Shown piece after piece: positions 9,998-18,429 of a DNA stretch of 64,000 nucleotides; positions within the stretch are counted from its first letter, which is position 1, and every line of letters begins with the position of its first letter. This DNA is from Candidatus Peribacteria bacterium. Its GTDB lineage: Bacteria; Patescibacteriota; Gracilibacteria; UBA1369; LOWO2-01-FULL-3. Below the pieces are notes generated by a model that saw nothing but the letters and a program-made list of their open reading frames with translations, was not told where the DNA came from and made no database searches. The stretch is taken from the NCBI GenBank assembly GCA_943358175.1, contig CALRGV010000006.1, forward strand, positions 2,607 through 66,606. Direction: 5' to 3'. Made by a program: the position numbers and the translations under genes.

Positions 9998-11599
9998 ATG
10001 ATCAAAACACGTTTTGCACCATCGCCTACAGGTTACTTACACGTTGGAGGTCTCCGTACAGCCCTATATTGCTATCTTTTCGCGAAAAAAAATAATGGCA
10101 AATTCGCTCTACGCATAGAGGATACCGATCAGGAAAGATTTGTCCCGGGAGCACTGGAAAACTTAATCGATACCCTGCATTGGATTGGAATTACCTATGA
10201 TGAGGGTCCGGGACGCAAAGACCCAAACAACAAAGATTCCGAAATTATCGAAGAAGGTGACGTCGGCCCTTATATCCAATCCAAAAGAACTGAAATCTAC
10301 AAAGAACAAGTACAAAAATTAATGGATGACGGCCATGCCTATCGCTGTTTCTGTACCAGGGAAAGACTCGAAGAAATGCGTGAACGCCAAACCGCCCAGA
10401 AGCTTGCACCAATGTACGATCGCAAATGCCTGGATCTGCCACAGTCTGAAATAGAAGAAAAAATCAAAGCCGGCGAAAAGTTCGTCATTCGCCAAAAAAT
10501 ACCTTATGGAACAATCAAATTCAAAGATCTAATTCGCGGCAATGTACAATTCGACGGCAAAACCATTGATGATCAAGTTTTGATGAAATCAGATGGTTTT
10601 CCTACCTACCATCTCGCTAATGTCGTAGACGATCACTTCATGGAAATTACCCATGTAATTCGCGGCGAAGAATGGCTTCCTTCTACACCAAAACACATTG
10701 CTCTCTACCAAGCTTTCGGCTGGCAACATCCAGAATTTGCTCATCTTCCTCTACTTTTGAATGCGGATCGCAGCAAATTGAGTAAACGCCAAGGCGACGT
10801 AGCTGTAGAAGATTACATTAAAAAAGGATATTTGCGTGAAGCGATCATTAATTTCGTCGCTTTCCTCGGCTGGAATCCCGGCAGTGGAGAAGAAGCTGAA
10901 ATATTCAGTCTGGAAGAATTGGAAAAAGCTTTCTCCATTGAAAAAGTCCACAAATCAGGAGCAATTTTCAATCTGGAAAAACTGGATTGGTTTAATTGGC
11001 GCTGGAAAAAACGTCTATTCAATGCAGAACTGGAAAAAGAAGCAAAAGAGATTGATCCCAACGTAGTCATCACGGAACCACGCAAAGATCAATTCATCTA
11101 TACTTTCAGCGATCCAAAAAATGAAGAAAAATTCCAAAAAAATCGCTGCGAAAAATTACTAAAAATCTGTAACAATTCCCTCACAAAAGAGTATATAGAC
11201 AGTGAGAAACTAATGAAAGCCTTACTGACCGTAGAAGAAAAAATTCTACGTGACCCAAAGGATATAAAAGAACAAATTAATTTCTATTTCACTCCCCAGG
11301 AATACAACAAAGAATTATTGACTCATGTAAAAATGGGAGTAGACTTGAACCAGGCAACAATCTCACTCAAATCAGGCAAAGAAGATCTGGAAAAACTGAG
11401 TGATTGGAACCTAAAAACTCTGCAGGAAACTCTGATGCAAACTGTAACTCGCCTGGGAGTAAAAAACGGCCAACTTCTTTGGCCACTCCGCGCAGCATTG
11501 AGCGGATTAGAATTCTCACCCGGAGTCTTCGAACTAGCTTGGGTACTCGGTAAAGATGAAACCCTGAAAAGAATAGAAACAGCAGTTAACAAGATCTAA
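9998..11599 (+). CDS. gltX: Glutamyl-tRNA synthetase
   Basis: RFAPSPTGYLHVGGLRTA (HIGH) and KLSKRQG (KMSKS). Confidence 0.93.
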   Translation: MIKTRFAPSPTGYLHVGGLRTALYCYLFAKKNNGKFALRIEDTDQERFVPGALENLIDTLHWIGITYDEGPGRKDPNNKDSEIIEEGDVGPYIQSKRTEIYKEQVQKLMDDGHAYRCFCTRERLEEMRERQTAQKLAPMYDRKCLDLPQSEIEEKIKAGEKFVIRQKIPYGTIKFKDLIRGNVQFDGKTIDDQVLMKSDGFPTYHLANVVDDHFMEITHVIRGEEWLPSTPKHIALYQAFGWQHPEFAHLPLLLNADRSKLSKRQGDVAVEDYIKKGYLREAIINFVAFLGWNPGSGEEAEIFSLEELEKAFSIEKVHKSGAIFNLEKLDWFNWRWKKRLFNAELEKEAKEIDPNVVITEPRKDQFIYTFSDPKNEEKFQKNRCEKLLKICNNSLTKEYIDSEKLMKALLTVEEKILRDPKDIKEQINFYFTPQEYNKELLTHVKMGVDLNQATISLKSGKEDLEKLSDWNLKTLQETLMQTVTRLGVKNGQLLWPLRAALSGLEFSPGVFELAWVLGKDETLKRIETAVNKI

Positions 11600-11600
11600 C

Positions 11601-11936
11601 ATGAGATTTTCAGAGATCAAAAATGCGTTGAAACACCTGATAAAGACAACTACTTGTCTACATTGTCAGCATCTTTATGTATTAGAAGATATTAATGTTA
11701 TCGCTACAACCAAGGTTGAAGGCCTATTCGAGATGCAATGCAATAATTGTCATGCATCCAGCATCATGACCGTGGTACTTACCCCGGAAACTGAAAAAAT
11801 GGAAACGAAGAAAAAAAACATCTATGAAGCGGAATTTCGTCCTGGTCAAATTTCTCCAAATGACATCCTGGACCTCAAGCTCTTTCTCAATAAATTTGAT
11901 GGAGATTTTAAAAAACTTTTCCCCAACGAAAAATGA
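11601..11936 (+). CDS. Hypothetical protein with CxxC...CxxC zinc-ribbon-like pattern
   Basis: CLHCQ and CNNCH pairs. Starts 2 nt after the gltX stop. Confidence 0.5.
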   Translation: MRFSEIKNALKHLIKTTTCLHCQHLYVLEDINVIATTKVEGLFEMQCNNCHASSIMTVVLTPETEKMETKKKNIYEAEFRPGQISPNDILDLKLFLNKFDGDFKKLFPNEK

Positions 11937-12193
11937 AAAAAACAGCAAAAACTTTAGCGCTGATATTTCTCGGCACATCTCTAGTTTTAATTTCCGGCTG
12001 CAAACAAACCAAAGAAATTGGTGATAAATTTATCGACGACTCGAAAAAAACCTACGACACCGCCGCCGAAGAAGTAAAAAAAGCAAAAGACGCCACGATT
12101 CAAAAAGCAAAAGATATAGAAGACGCCGCCAACAAAATCAAAGCAGCCACGGAAGCCGTACAAAAAGTGACCGGGGACACTCCAAAAAAATAA
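11933..12193 (+). CDS. Small lipoprotein
   Basis: Signal peptide with lipobox LISGC. ATGA start/stop overlap with the upstream ORF. Confidence 0.6.
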   Translation: MKKTAKTLALIFLGTSLVLISGCKQTKEIGDKFIDDSKKTYDTAAEEVKKAKDATIQKAKDIEDAANKIKAATEAVQKVTGDTPKK

Positions 12194-12226
12194 ATTGGAT
12201 AAGACTACCCTAAACTGGGCGGGTGG

Positions 12227-12315
12227 CTTGGATAATTATATTTTTTTCTTGCACGAATAAAGCCCAGTCGTGACGGGCGACTCTTGAGTGCAAGAAAAAA
12301 ATATAATTATTCAAG
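12227..12315 (+). repeat. Long inverted repeat (28-bp A/T-rich stem capped by a GC-rich inner hairpin); probable terminator or REP-like element
   Basis: 12227-12254 pairs with 12288-12315, with 27 Watson-Crick pairs and 1 G:T. The loop holds an inner stem agtcg/cgact. Confidence 0.7.
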
Positions 12316-12363
12316 TCAGGACCCGCAAACAAGAAAGTATCATATTAATTCAATAATCATTAC

Positions 12364-13065
12364 ATGCTCAAAGTTCAGCTCCACTGTCACTGCTCAGCAG
12401 ACCCGCTTGATCATATTAATTTTAGTGCCAAAGAGCTAATAGATGAGGCTCAAAGACTTAAATACGACGTCCTTTGCATCACCCTGCACCGCAAACTTTT
12501 TTTCAATAAAAAAATTCAAAAATACGCCGCAAAAAGGGGACTACTCCTGATCCCGGGAATTGAATTTGAAATCAACAATAAACACATCCTCGCCGTTAAC
12601 GCGCATCAAGATATAACAAACGTGGACAACTTCGAAAAACTGGCCACCTACCGCCAAAATCACCCTGAAACTCTCATCATCGCGCCACATCCATTCTTTC
12701 CAACCGGCTATTGTCTACAAAAAGATCTAATAGACAACATCCTTCTTTTCGACGCAATAGAAATTTCTTGGGCCTACACAAAAACCAAAGACTACAATAA
12801 AAAAGCTATTGCCCTCGCAAAAAGATGGCACAAACCACTCGTCTCCACCGCCGACTGTCACATTCTCAGTGAATTGAACATCGGCTATACCCTTGTGGAA
12901 GCCAAAAAAGACGCTCTATCAATAGTAAAAGCCATTCGCCAAAACAAAATTGAAATTCACACTAAACCAACCAGCTATTTCAAAATAGCCAGATTTACAA
13001 TCCAACTCTCCTGGCAAAACTTTCATGCAAAATTGAAAAAATCCCGCAAGTCTTCTATACTCTAG
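12364..13065 (+). CDS. PHP-domain metal-dependent phosphoesterase
   Basis: N-terminal HCHCSADPLDH (PHP motif I), later APHPF and DCH motifs. Confidence 0.7.
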   Translation: MLKVQLHCHCSADPLDHINFSAKELIDEAQRLKYDVLCITLHRKLFFNKKIQKYAAKRGLLLIPGIEFEINNKHILAVNAHQDITNVDNFEKLATYRQNHPETLIIAPHPFFPTGYCLQKDLIDNILLFDAIEISWAYTKTKDYNKKAIALAKRWHKPLVSTADCHILSELNIGYTLVEAKKDALSIVKAIRQNKIEIHTKPTSYFKIARFTIQLSWQNFHAKLKKSRKSSIL

Positions 13066-13067
13066 GC

Positions 13068-14051
13068 ATGCAAAACTTCTTGCGCAAAGTTAAATCAATT
13101 GCCCGCAAAGATCCTAAATCTATCGTCTTTCCGGAAAGTGAAGACGAAAGAATTTTAAAAGCCGTAGCAATAATCTCTCAACAAAAATTTGCTAAACCAG
13201 TTTTAATTGGAGACAAGCGCAAAATCAAGAACGCCTGCAAAAAGTTAAAATTAAAAATCGACTGGGAAGAAATCAGTATAGTCGATCCGACAAATAAAGT
13301 TTTAGTTAAAAAATACAGCGAAGCCCTCTTTTCCATCCGCAAAGATAAAGGCGTCACCGAAAAAGATGCTCGAAATTTAATCAAAGATCCCAACTACTTT
13401 GGCACCATGATGATACAGCTCGAAGATGCCGATGGTATGATCACCGGAGCCACTCATCCGACAGCCAATTCAATCAGGCCGGTTCTTCAGATTATAAAAA
13501 CTCGCGAAAAATTTCACAAAGTTTCCGGAATTTTCTTTATGGTTCTACATAATAAACCCCTGCTTTTTGCTGATGCCGCTATCACGGTAGAACCTGATGC
13601 TCATGACCTCGTAGACATCGCTATCGACACAGCGGAAACAGCAAAAAAATTTGGAATTAAACCAAAAATTGCTCTGCTATCATTCTCAACAAAAGGCTCA
13701 GCCAAGCATCCCTTGGTAGACAAAGTGACCGAAGCGGTAGCAATGATAAAAGACGAGAGACCGGACCTGCTGGTGGACGGAGAACTTCAAGTGGACGCGG
13801 CTCTTGTACCACAAATTGCCAAACGCAAATGCCCAGATTCTCCGATAAAAGGTGACGCCAATATACTAATTTTCCCAGATCTGCAAACCGCCAATATCGC
13901 CTACAAATTAGTGGAAAGATTAGCCAAGGCCAAAGCCATAGGACCATTACTTCAAGGCTTAAAAAAACCGGTCAACAAACTTTCCCGCGGCTGCAGCTAT
14001 GAAGACATCGTAAATGTAGCGGCTTTTACAGTATGCGAGTGTCAAGCATGA
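13068..14051 (+). CDS. pta: Phosphate acetyltransferase (short PTA_PTB form)
   Basis: IVFPESEDERILKA, DGELQVDAAL and SRGCSYEDIVN patterns. 327 aa; ackA is nearby. Confidence 0.9.
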   Translation: MQNFLRKVKSIARKDPKSIVFPESEDERILKAVAIISQQKFAKPVLIGDKRKIKNACKKLKLKIDWEEISIVDPTNKVLVKKYSEALFSIRKDKGVTEKDARNLIKDPNYFGTMMIQLEDADGMITGATHPTANSIRPVLQIIKTREKFHKVSGIFFMVLHNKPLLFADAAITVEPDAHDLVDIAIDTAETAKKFGIKPKIALLSFSTKGSAKHPLVDKVTEAVAMIKDERPDLLVDGELQVDAALVPQIAKRKCPDSPIKGDANILIFPDLQTANIAYKLVERLAKAKAIGPLLQGLKKPVNKLSRGCSYEDIVNVAAFTVCECQA

Positions 14052-14125
14052 GCGAAGCGAAATGCTCTCGGCCGGCCCCTACGCCGGCCTCAAAAAAAAG
14101 TTTTGCGAAGCAAAACACCTTACCC
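14049..14125 (+). repeat. GC-rich hairpin-module repeat, copy B1
   Basis: tgagcgaagcgaaa (14049-14062) recurs at 20070-20083. aaaagttttgcgaagcaaaacaccttaccc (14096-14125) recurs at 56372-56401 with 2 differences. Stems: ggccgg/ccggcc and gttttgc/gcaaaac. Confidence 0.75.
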
Positions 14126-14143
14126 TCACCCGCCCCCATCCCC

Positions 14144-14713
14144 ATGGACCAACCAGATCCAATAAACATTCCGGCCTACCAAAGGAAACGCAGCATTGCT
14201 GCCAAAGCTAGAAAAAAACCGGCTTATTTGGAAACAGCGCTGGACAGAGCCGTAAAGGCAAAAAAAGAACACAAAAGACAAAGAGCAAATAGAACAAAAA
14301 AATCGCCGGCAAGTTCAAGAAATCAATCAGTAGACACCTACATTCAATCACCAAATTCTTTCGAAGAAATTTCCATTCAAACTACTTCCGTCTTACCATC
14401 GCACGAACTTTTTCCAGATCCATTCCATGACAATCATTCATCAAGAAAATCCGAATTTCGAGAAATGAAAACTTGTGGCATTTGCGAAGGCTATTACGAC
14501 AAAATACAAGTAGCCATCGTCAGAGTCACCAGCCCACTTCGTGTGGGAGATAGTATTATTTTTGAAAAACAAGACGGGCTTTTCGAACAAGAAATAAAAT
14601 CCATGCAAATAGATCGCCGAGATATTACCCTCGCCACCACAGGCAGCGAAATTGGCTTAAAAGTACTACAAAAACCAACCGTCGGCTCACCGGTTTACAA
14701 AGTCCTAGAATAA
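14144..14713 (+). CDS. Protein with a basic disordered N-terminus and a C-terminal EF-Tu-domain-2-like beta-barrel ('translation elongation factor-like protein' family)
   Basis: C-terminal GYYDKIQVAIVRVTSPLRVGDSIIFEKQDGLFEQEIKSMQIDRRDITLATTGSEIGLKV. I start it at ATG 14144 because 14033-14143 overlaps pta and a repeat element. Confidence 0.6.
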   Translation: MDQPDPINIPAYQRKRSIAAKARKKPAYLETALDRAVKAKKEHKRQRANRTKKSPASSRNQSVDTYIQSPNSFEEISIQTTSVLPSHELFPDPFHDNHSSRKSEFREMKTCGICEGYYDKIQVAIVRVTSPLRVGDSIIFEKQDGLFEQEIKSMQIDRRDITLATTGSEIGLKVLQKPTVGSPVYKVLE

Positions 14714-14845
14714 TTTTTGAAAAATGACCAAGTTGACAAATCTAAATAATCAATGCACAAAAGTGTGCGTGCGCACAGATTTACTATTAATTTTTGGCTC
14801 AAATAAGCCATTTTGCATTCAAATCACCTCTGCCAATTTATTCCA

Positions 14846-16009
14846 ATGAAAATCCTCGTCCTAAATTCCGGCTCATCCTCAATCAAAGCGACGCTTTTTG
14901 ATTTCAGTAAATCTCCATCAGGCAAAGAAACTCAAACCGAAATTGCCAAAGCAGTCATCGACGGCATCGGCCTCAAAAGATGCAAATTTATTTTCACCAA
15001 ACTCACCAAAACCACCGCCACGAATATTGAAAAATGTCACATCACCCATCACGAAGAAGGAATTAAACTAATTCTGGAAACTCTACTCAAAACTAAATGT
15101 CTGAAAGACCTCGGCGAAATCACCGCTGTCGGACATCGCGTCGTTCATGGCGGAGAAAAATACACAAAACCGACATTACTAAATAACAAAATTCTAAAAG
15201 AAATTGAAAAACTTTCTTCACTCGCCCCACTCCACAATCCGGCTAATCTGGCCTCCATCAAAGCATGCCAAAAACTACTCCCACAAGCCAAACAAACAGC
15301 AGTATTCGACACAGCTTTTCATCAGACAATGCCGGAAAAAGCTTATCTATATGCCATCCCAAAACAATTCTACAAAAAACATCAAATTCGCCGTTACGGT
15401 TTTCACGGCACGAGTCACAAATATGTCATCAATGAAGCTCTAAAAATTCTCAAAAAATCTTCGCCCCGCCTCACCGCACCAAAAATAATTTCCTGTCATC
15501 TCGGCAATGGTTCTTCCATCACCGCCAGCATCGCCGGAAAATGTATAGACACCACTATGGGCTTCACTCCAATGGAAGGCTTACCTATGGGCACACGCTC
15601 AGGCTCAATAGATCCTGGAATCATTCTCCATCTCACCAACAATCTAAAATTCACCACCAAGGAAATAGACAATCTCCTCAATCACAAATCCGGCCTCTTG
15701 GCACTTTCAGACCTCAGTTCCGACATGCGCGACATTCACCAAGCTGCTGAAAAAGGCCACAAAGCCTCCGTCCTCACCATCGAAATTCTCTCCTATCAAA
15801 TCGCCAAACAATGCGGCGCCTACACAGCCGCCCTCCAAGGCATCGACGCCCTCATCTTCACCGGCGGCATCGGCGAACACGCCTTCTACATCCGCGACAA
15901 AGTCTGCGCCTATCTCAAATTCCTGCACATCAAAAAAATCCTCATCATCCCCACTAACGAGGAAAAACAAATTGCCATGGAGACAATTGAGCTAATCAGC
16001 GAGTGCTAA
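14846..16009 (+). CDS. ackA: Acetate kinase
   Basis: MKILVLNSGSSSIK, RYGFHGTSH, IFTGGIGE. The track ORF begins at an upstream TTG; ATG 14846 fits the family N-terminus. Confidence 0.92.
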   Translation: MKILVLNSGSSSIKATLFDFSKSPSGKETQTEIAKAVIDGIGLKRCKFIFTKLTKTTATNIEKCHITHHEEGIKLILETLLKTKCLKDLGEITAVGHRVVHGGEKYTKPTLLNNKILKEIEKLSSLAPLHNPANLASIKACQKLLPQAKQTAVFDTAFHQTMPEKAYLYAIPKQFYKKHQIRRYGFHGTSHKYVINEALKILKKSSPRLTAPKIISCHLGNGSSITASIAGKCIDTTMGFTPMEGLPMGTRSGSIDPGIILHLTNNLKFTTKEIDNLLNHKSGLLALSDLSSDMRDIHQAAEKGHKASVLTIEILSYQIAKQCGAYTAALQGIDALIFTGGIGEHAFYIRDKVCAYLKFLHIKKILIIPTNEEKQIAMETIELISEC

Positions 16010-16119
16010 ATTAATACCATATACGAGGCGTAAGAAAAATATTGACCGGAGTTTACTGTAAGTAAATGAGGATCAATATTTTTCGACAACGAAGTAGATG
16101 GTATTAATTTAGCACTCGC
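15999..16119 (+). repeat. Three-tier palindromic element, copy A1, at the convergent ackA/16121 junction
   Basis: Perfect 22-bp outer stem (15999-16020 with 16098-16119). Conserved loop strands tacgaggcgt and gacaacgaagtag. About 14-bp A/T stem and an apical tttact/agtaaa hairpin. Confidence 0.8.
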
Positions 16120-16120
16120 C

Positions 16121-18124
16121 CTACAAATCCTGCTCCAAAATCTTTGATTTCGTTAGCACATAGAGCTTCTTCGCACTCGGATCTACATACAAATCACGCA
16201 AATCACCAACTCCGTCAAACAAATACTGAGTTACGTAATTCAAATTCCCGGTATTGTTAGTGTCCTTTGAGTAAACTAAAACTCTGGCTTCCCTGCCATC
16301 CAACACAAATATCTGTTTCAATTTATCATTTGTATAAATAACTCTTGGATCAACTAAATTACTAAATGGCGGATTGTTCACAAAGAAAGAAACTTTGGCA
16401 CCACCATATAACTTCAAGAGATCACCGGTTGTCTGCAACAACCAAACATTAGCATCAATGGCAAAATCCTGAATTCCGGAAACGTCAGTCTTATCTGTGA
16501 TATAGCCTTCAGCCTTACTGAATTTATTGTTGATTCCCTTATAAGTATATTTCCAGATTTGATTAGCCGCAGTATCCAAAACATAGACTTTATTGCTCCA
16601 TGTAGCCAAAGCAGATCCTTTATGGAAAGCCCCATCATCACTATCCATAAAATTCATATTCCCATCCTTGAACTGAATCAGTTTTCCACTTTTGGTCAAG
16701 AAAATTATAGATTTCTGATCATCAAAACCGGTAGCGGCAATCACAGACTCCTCCTTATCGATAGTCAAAGGATCCTGAATCTGATCGAGCACCAATTCAT
16801 ACAAAGCATTATACTCATACGCAAACACTCTATCTCCTTCAGTCACAAAACCAAGAGCGTTCACATCCGCTCTCTTTTTAGCCAAATCAGCTACCACCTT
16901 AGGATTCACTACGCGATTAACATTGTCCAGCTTGTCACGGGTTTCCTCAAGCTGCAAAAGATAAATAGTGGCCTTCTCTCTATAAAATCCTGAATCCAAC
17001 ACAGACTTAGCATCCAAATAAGCCTTATCTAGAACATCCTTGGCTGCCTGCTTATCAGTTGCACTTTTAACGGTAGCATCGGTCAATTTATCTTGAACAC
17101 CGCTCAATAATTGATCATATTTTTGTAACTGAGCTTTCTCCACCCTATTACTATTTGCAAATATCACCAATACTCCCAAAATAACTATAACTCCAACCAA
17201 CAAAGCTAAAATTTTATTTTTTCCCAATCCGTTCCCAATCAAACTTTCTTTAAATCCTCCGAACCAACCACCAACTTTCGCGGCCATATCTCCACCAAAT
17301 CTTGCAACACCGGCACTTCTTTTACCTGAATCACGTTTAAAAACACTAAAGAACTTACCGGTCAAAGTATTTTTTCTTGCAGAAACACCCACTTCATCAG
17401 CTTCAAGCATACCCCTGCTCACATGATCCTCTCCTCCGGCTATTTCCTCCATATCACTTTGGCTTGCCCTTGAAAAAGCCACTCCAGTCAAACCAACTCT
17501 ACCCAAAATTTCAGTAGCAATAATATCTCTTACATTCGCCAAGGCCTGAGCCATATCCTTACGATGCACGGCTTCGGCTAAATCAGCTTTACCAATATAA
17601 CGAACAAGTCTTGTAGATGAAAACATCACCACGTCACCTTCTTCAATTTTACCATTGGCAATAGTTGAAAAAACATCTTCCCCATTACTTTCTTCATTCA
17701 AACCCTCGCTTAAAACACTGATATAACGCTTACGAATAAGATAGGCCTCCGCGTCTCCGGTCTGAGTCAAAAACAATTCATCACCAACAATTGCCGCCAC
17801 TATCACATTCAAATTACCAATATATCCGGAAGTTTTTTCAGCTTTAAACTTACACATGACAGCATTGATAGCCTTCAAAGCCACTTCAAAACGAGCATAT
17901 GGCTCATTAGCCACATCCTCAAAAAACACTTTCTGCATCGTCTCAAAAATTGTTTGAGCAATTTCCTCGGCATCCACAGGATTGTTCTGAATCTCCAAAT
18001 TGATAAAAATCTGCCCGCTTTTCTCCCCATGATCCTGAAAAAGATCATAAGCATAATTTTCTAAAAAACTATTATCGTCTCTACCAACAAACAAAAACTC
18101 ATAATCCGCTTTGAGTGCTGCCAT
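16121..18124 (-). CDS. Membrane-anchored hypothetical protein: N-terminal cytoplasmic domain, one TM helix, large C-terminal extracytoplasmic domain
   Basis: 667-aa ORF. TM helix ILALLVGVIVILGVLVIFA mid-protein. A weak PP2C/SpoIIE-like signature (GDAEAYLIR) has no clear metal-binding motifs, so function is uncertain. Confidence 0.5.
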   Translation of the reverse strand: MAALKADYEFLFVGRDDNSFLENYAYDLFQDHGEKSGQIFINLEIQNNPVDAEEIAQTIFETMQKVFFEDVANEPYARFEVALKAINAVMCKFKAEKTSGYIGNLNVIVAAIVGDELFLTQTGDAEAYLIRKRYISVLSEGLNEESNGEDVFSTIANGKIEEGDVVMFSSTRLVRYIGKADLAEAVHRKDMAQALANVRDIIATEILGRVGLTGVAFSRASQSDMEEIAGGEDHVSRGMLEADEVGVSARKNTLTGKFFSVFKRDSGKRSAGVARFGGDMAAKVGGWFGGFKESLIGNGLGKNKILALLVGVIVILGVLVIFANSNRVEKAQLQKYDQLLSGVQDKLTDATVKSATDKQAAKDVLDKAYLDAKSVLDSGFYREKATIYLLQLEETRDKLDNVNRVVNPKVVADLAKKRADVNALGFVTEGDRVFAYEYNALYELVLDQIQDPLTIDKEESVIAATGFDDQKSIIFLTKSGKLIQFKDGNMNFMDSDDGAFHKGSALATWSNKVYVLDTAANQIWKYTYKGINNKFSKAEGYITDKTDVSGIQDFAIDANVWLLQTTGDLLKLYGGAKVSFFVNNPPFSNLVDPRVIYTNDKLKQIFVLDGREARVLVYSKDTNNTGNLNYVTQYLFDGVGDLRDLYVDPSAKKLYVLTKSKILEQDL

Positions 18125-18216
18125 ATATTGATTCTAAATTATAACTGGGCCAAATATACAAGGGTTAAGGGTCTATGGCAAGCGCTTTTATCGTATATTT
18201 CGGAGATCAATCAACA

Positions 18217-18245
18217 TTGACTTCCCCAAATCTTCAATATAGAAT
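18217..18245 (+). promoter_or_regulatory. Sigma70-type promoter for rpmH-rnpA-yidC
   Basis: TTGACT (18217-18222), N17, TAGAAT (18240-18245). Confidence 0.45.
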
Positions 18246-18297
18246 CAGCCAGCTAGACACGCAACCTTATACCAATAATAAACTAAATTCAAATCAT

Positions 18298-18429
18298 ATG
18301 TTAGAAAAACTAAAGAAACGTGCCCGTCTAAAAACTCATGGTTTCCGCAGTAGAAAAGCCCCTGTTTTGGCTAGACGCCGTGCAAAGGGTCGCAAGCAAT
18401 TGACTGTTTCAATTCATTCTAAAAAATAA
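18298..18429 (+). CDS. rpmH: 50S ribosomal protein L34
   Basis: ...KTHGFRSRKAPVLARRRAKGRKQLTV. The true start is internal ATG 18298, not the track start at 18175. Confidence 0.9.
   Translation: MLEKLKKRARLKTHGFRSRKAPVLARRRAKGRKQLTVSIHSKK

Noticed and set aside
14033-14143. Upstream extension of the EF-like ORF (MRVSSMSEAKCSRPAPTPAS...).
   Set aside because: It overlaps the last codons of pta and is encoded entirely by the GC-rich repeat modules. ATG 14144 gives a clean start after the element.
15999-16119. The outer stem of the 16-kb palindromic element contains GAGTGCTAA ... TTAGCACTC. These are the two CIRCE half-sites in everted order, about 90 nt apart.
   Set aside because: HrcA operators need the TTAGCACTC-N9-GAGTGCTAA arrangement. 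Because the arms are complementary, only one 9-mer match is independent. A given 9-mer is expected roughly 0.5 times by chance in 2 x 64 kb, and part of it is the ackA stop context. I treat it as coincidence.
18175-18297. N-terminal extension of rpmH: the 84-aa track ORF versus a 43-aa L34.
   Set aside because: L34 is universally about 44-46 aa. The extension covers the TTGACT-N17-TAGAAT promoter, and the family N-terminus fits the internal ATG at 18298.
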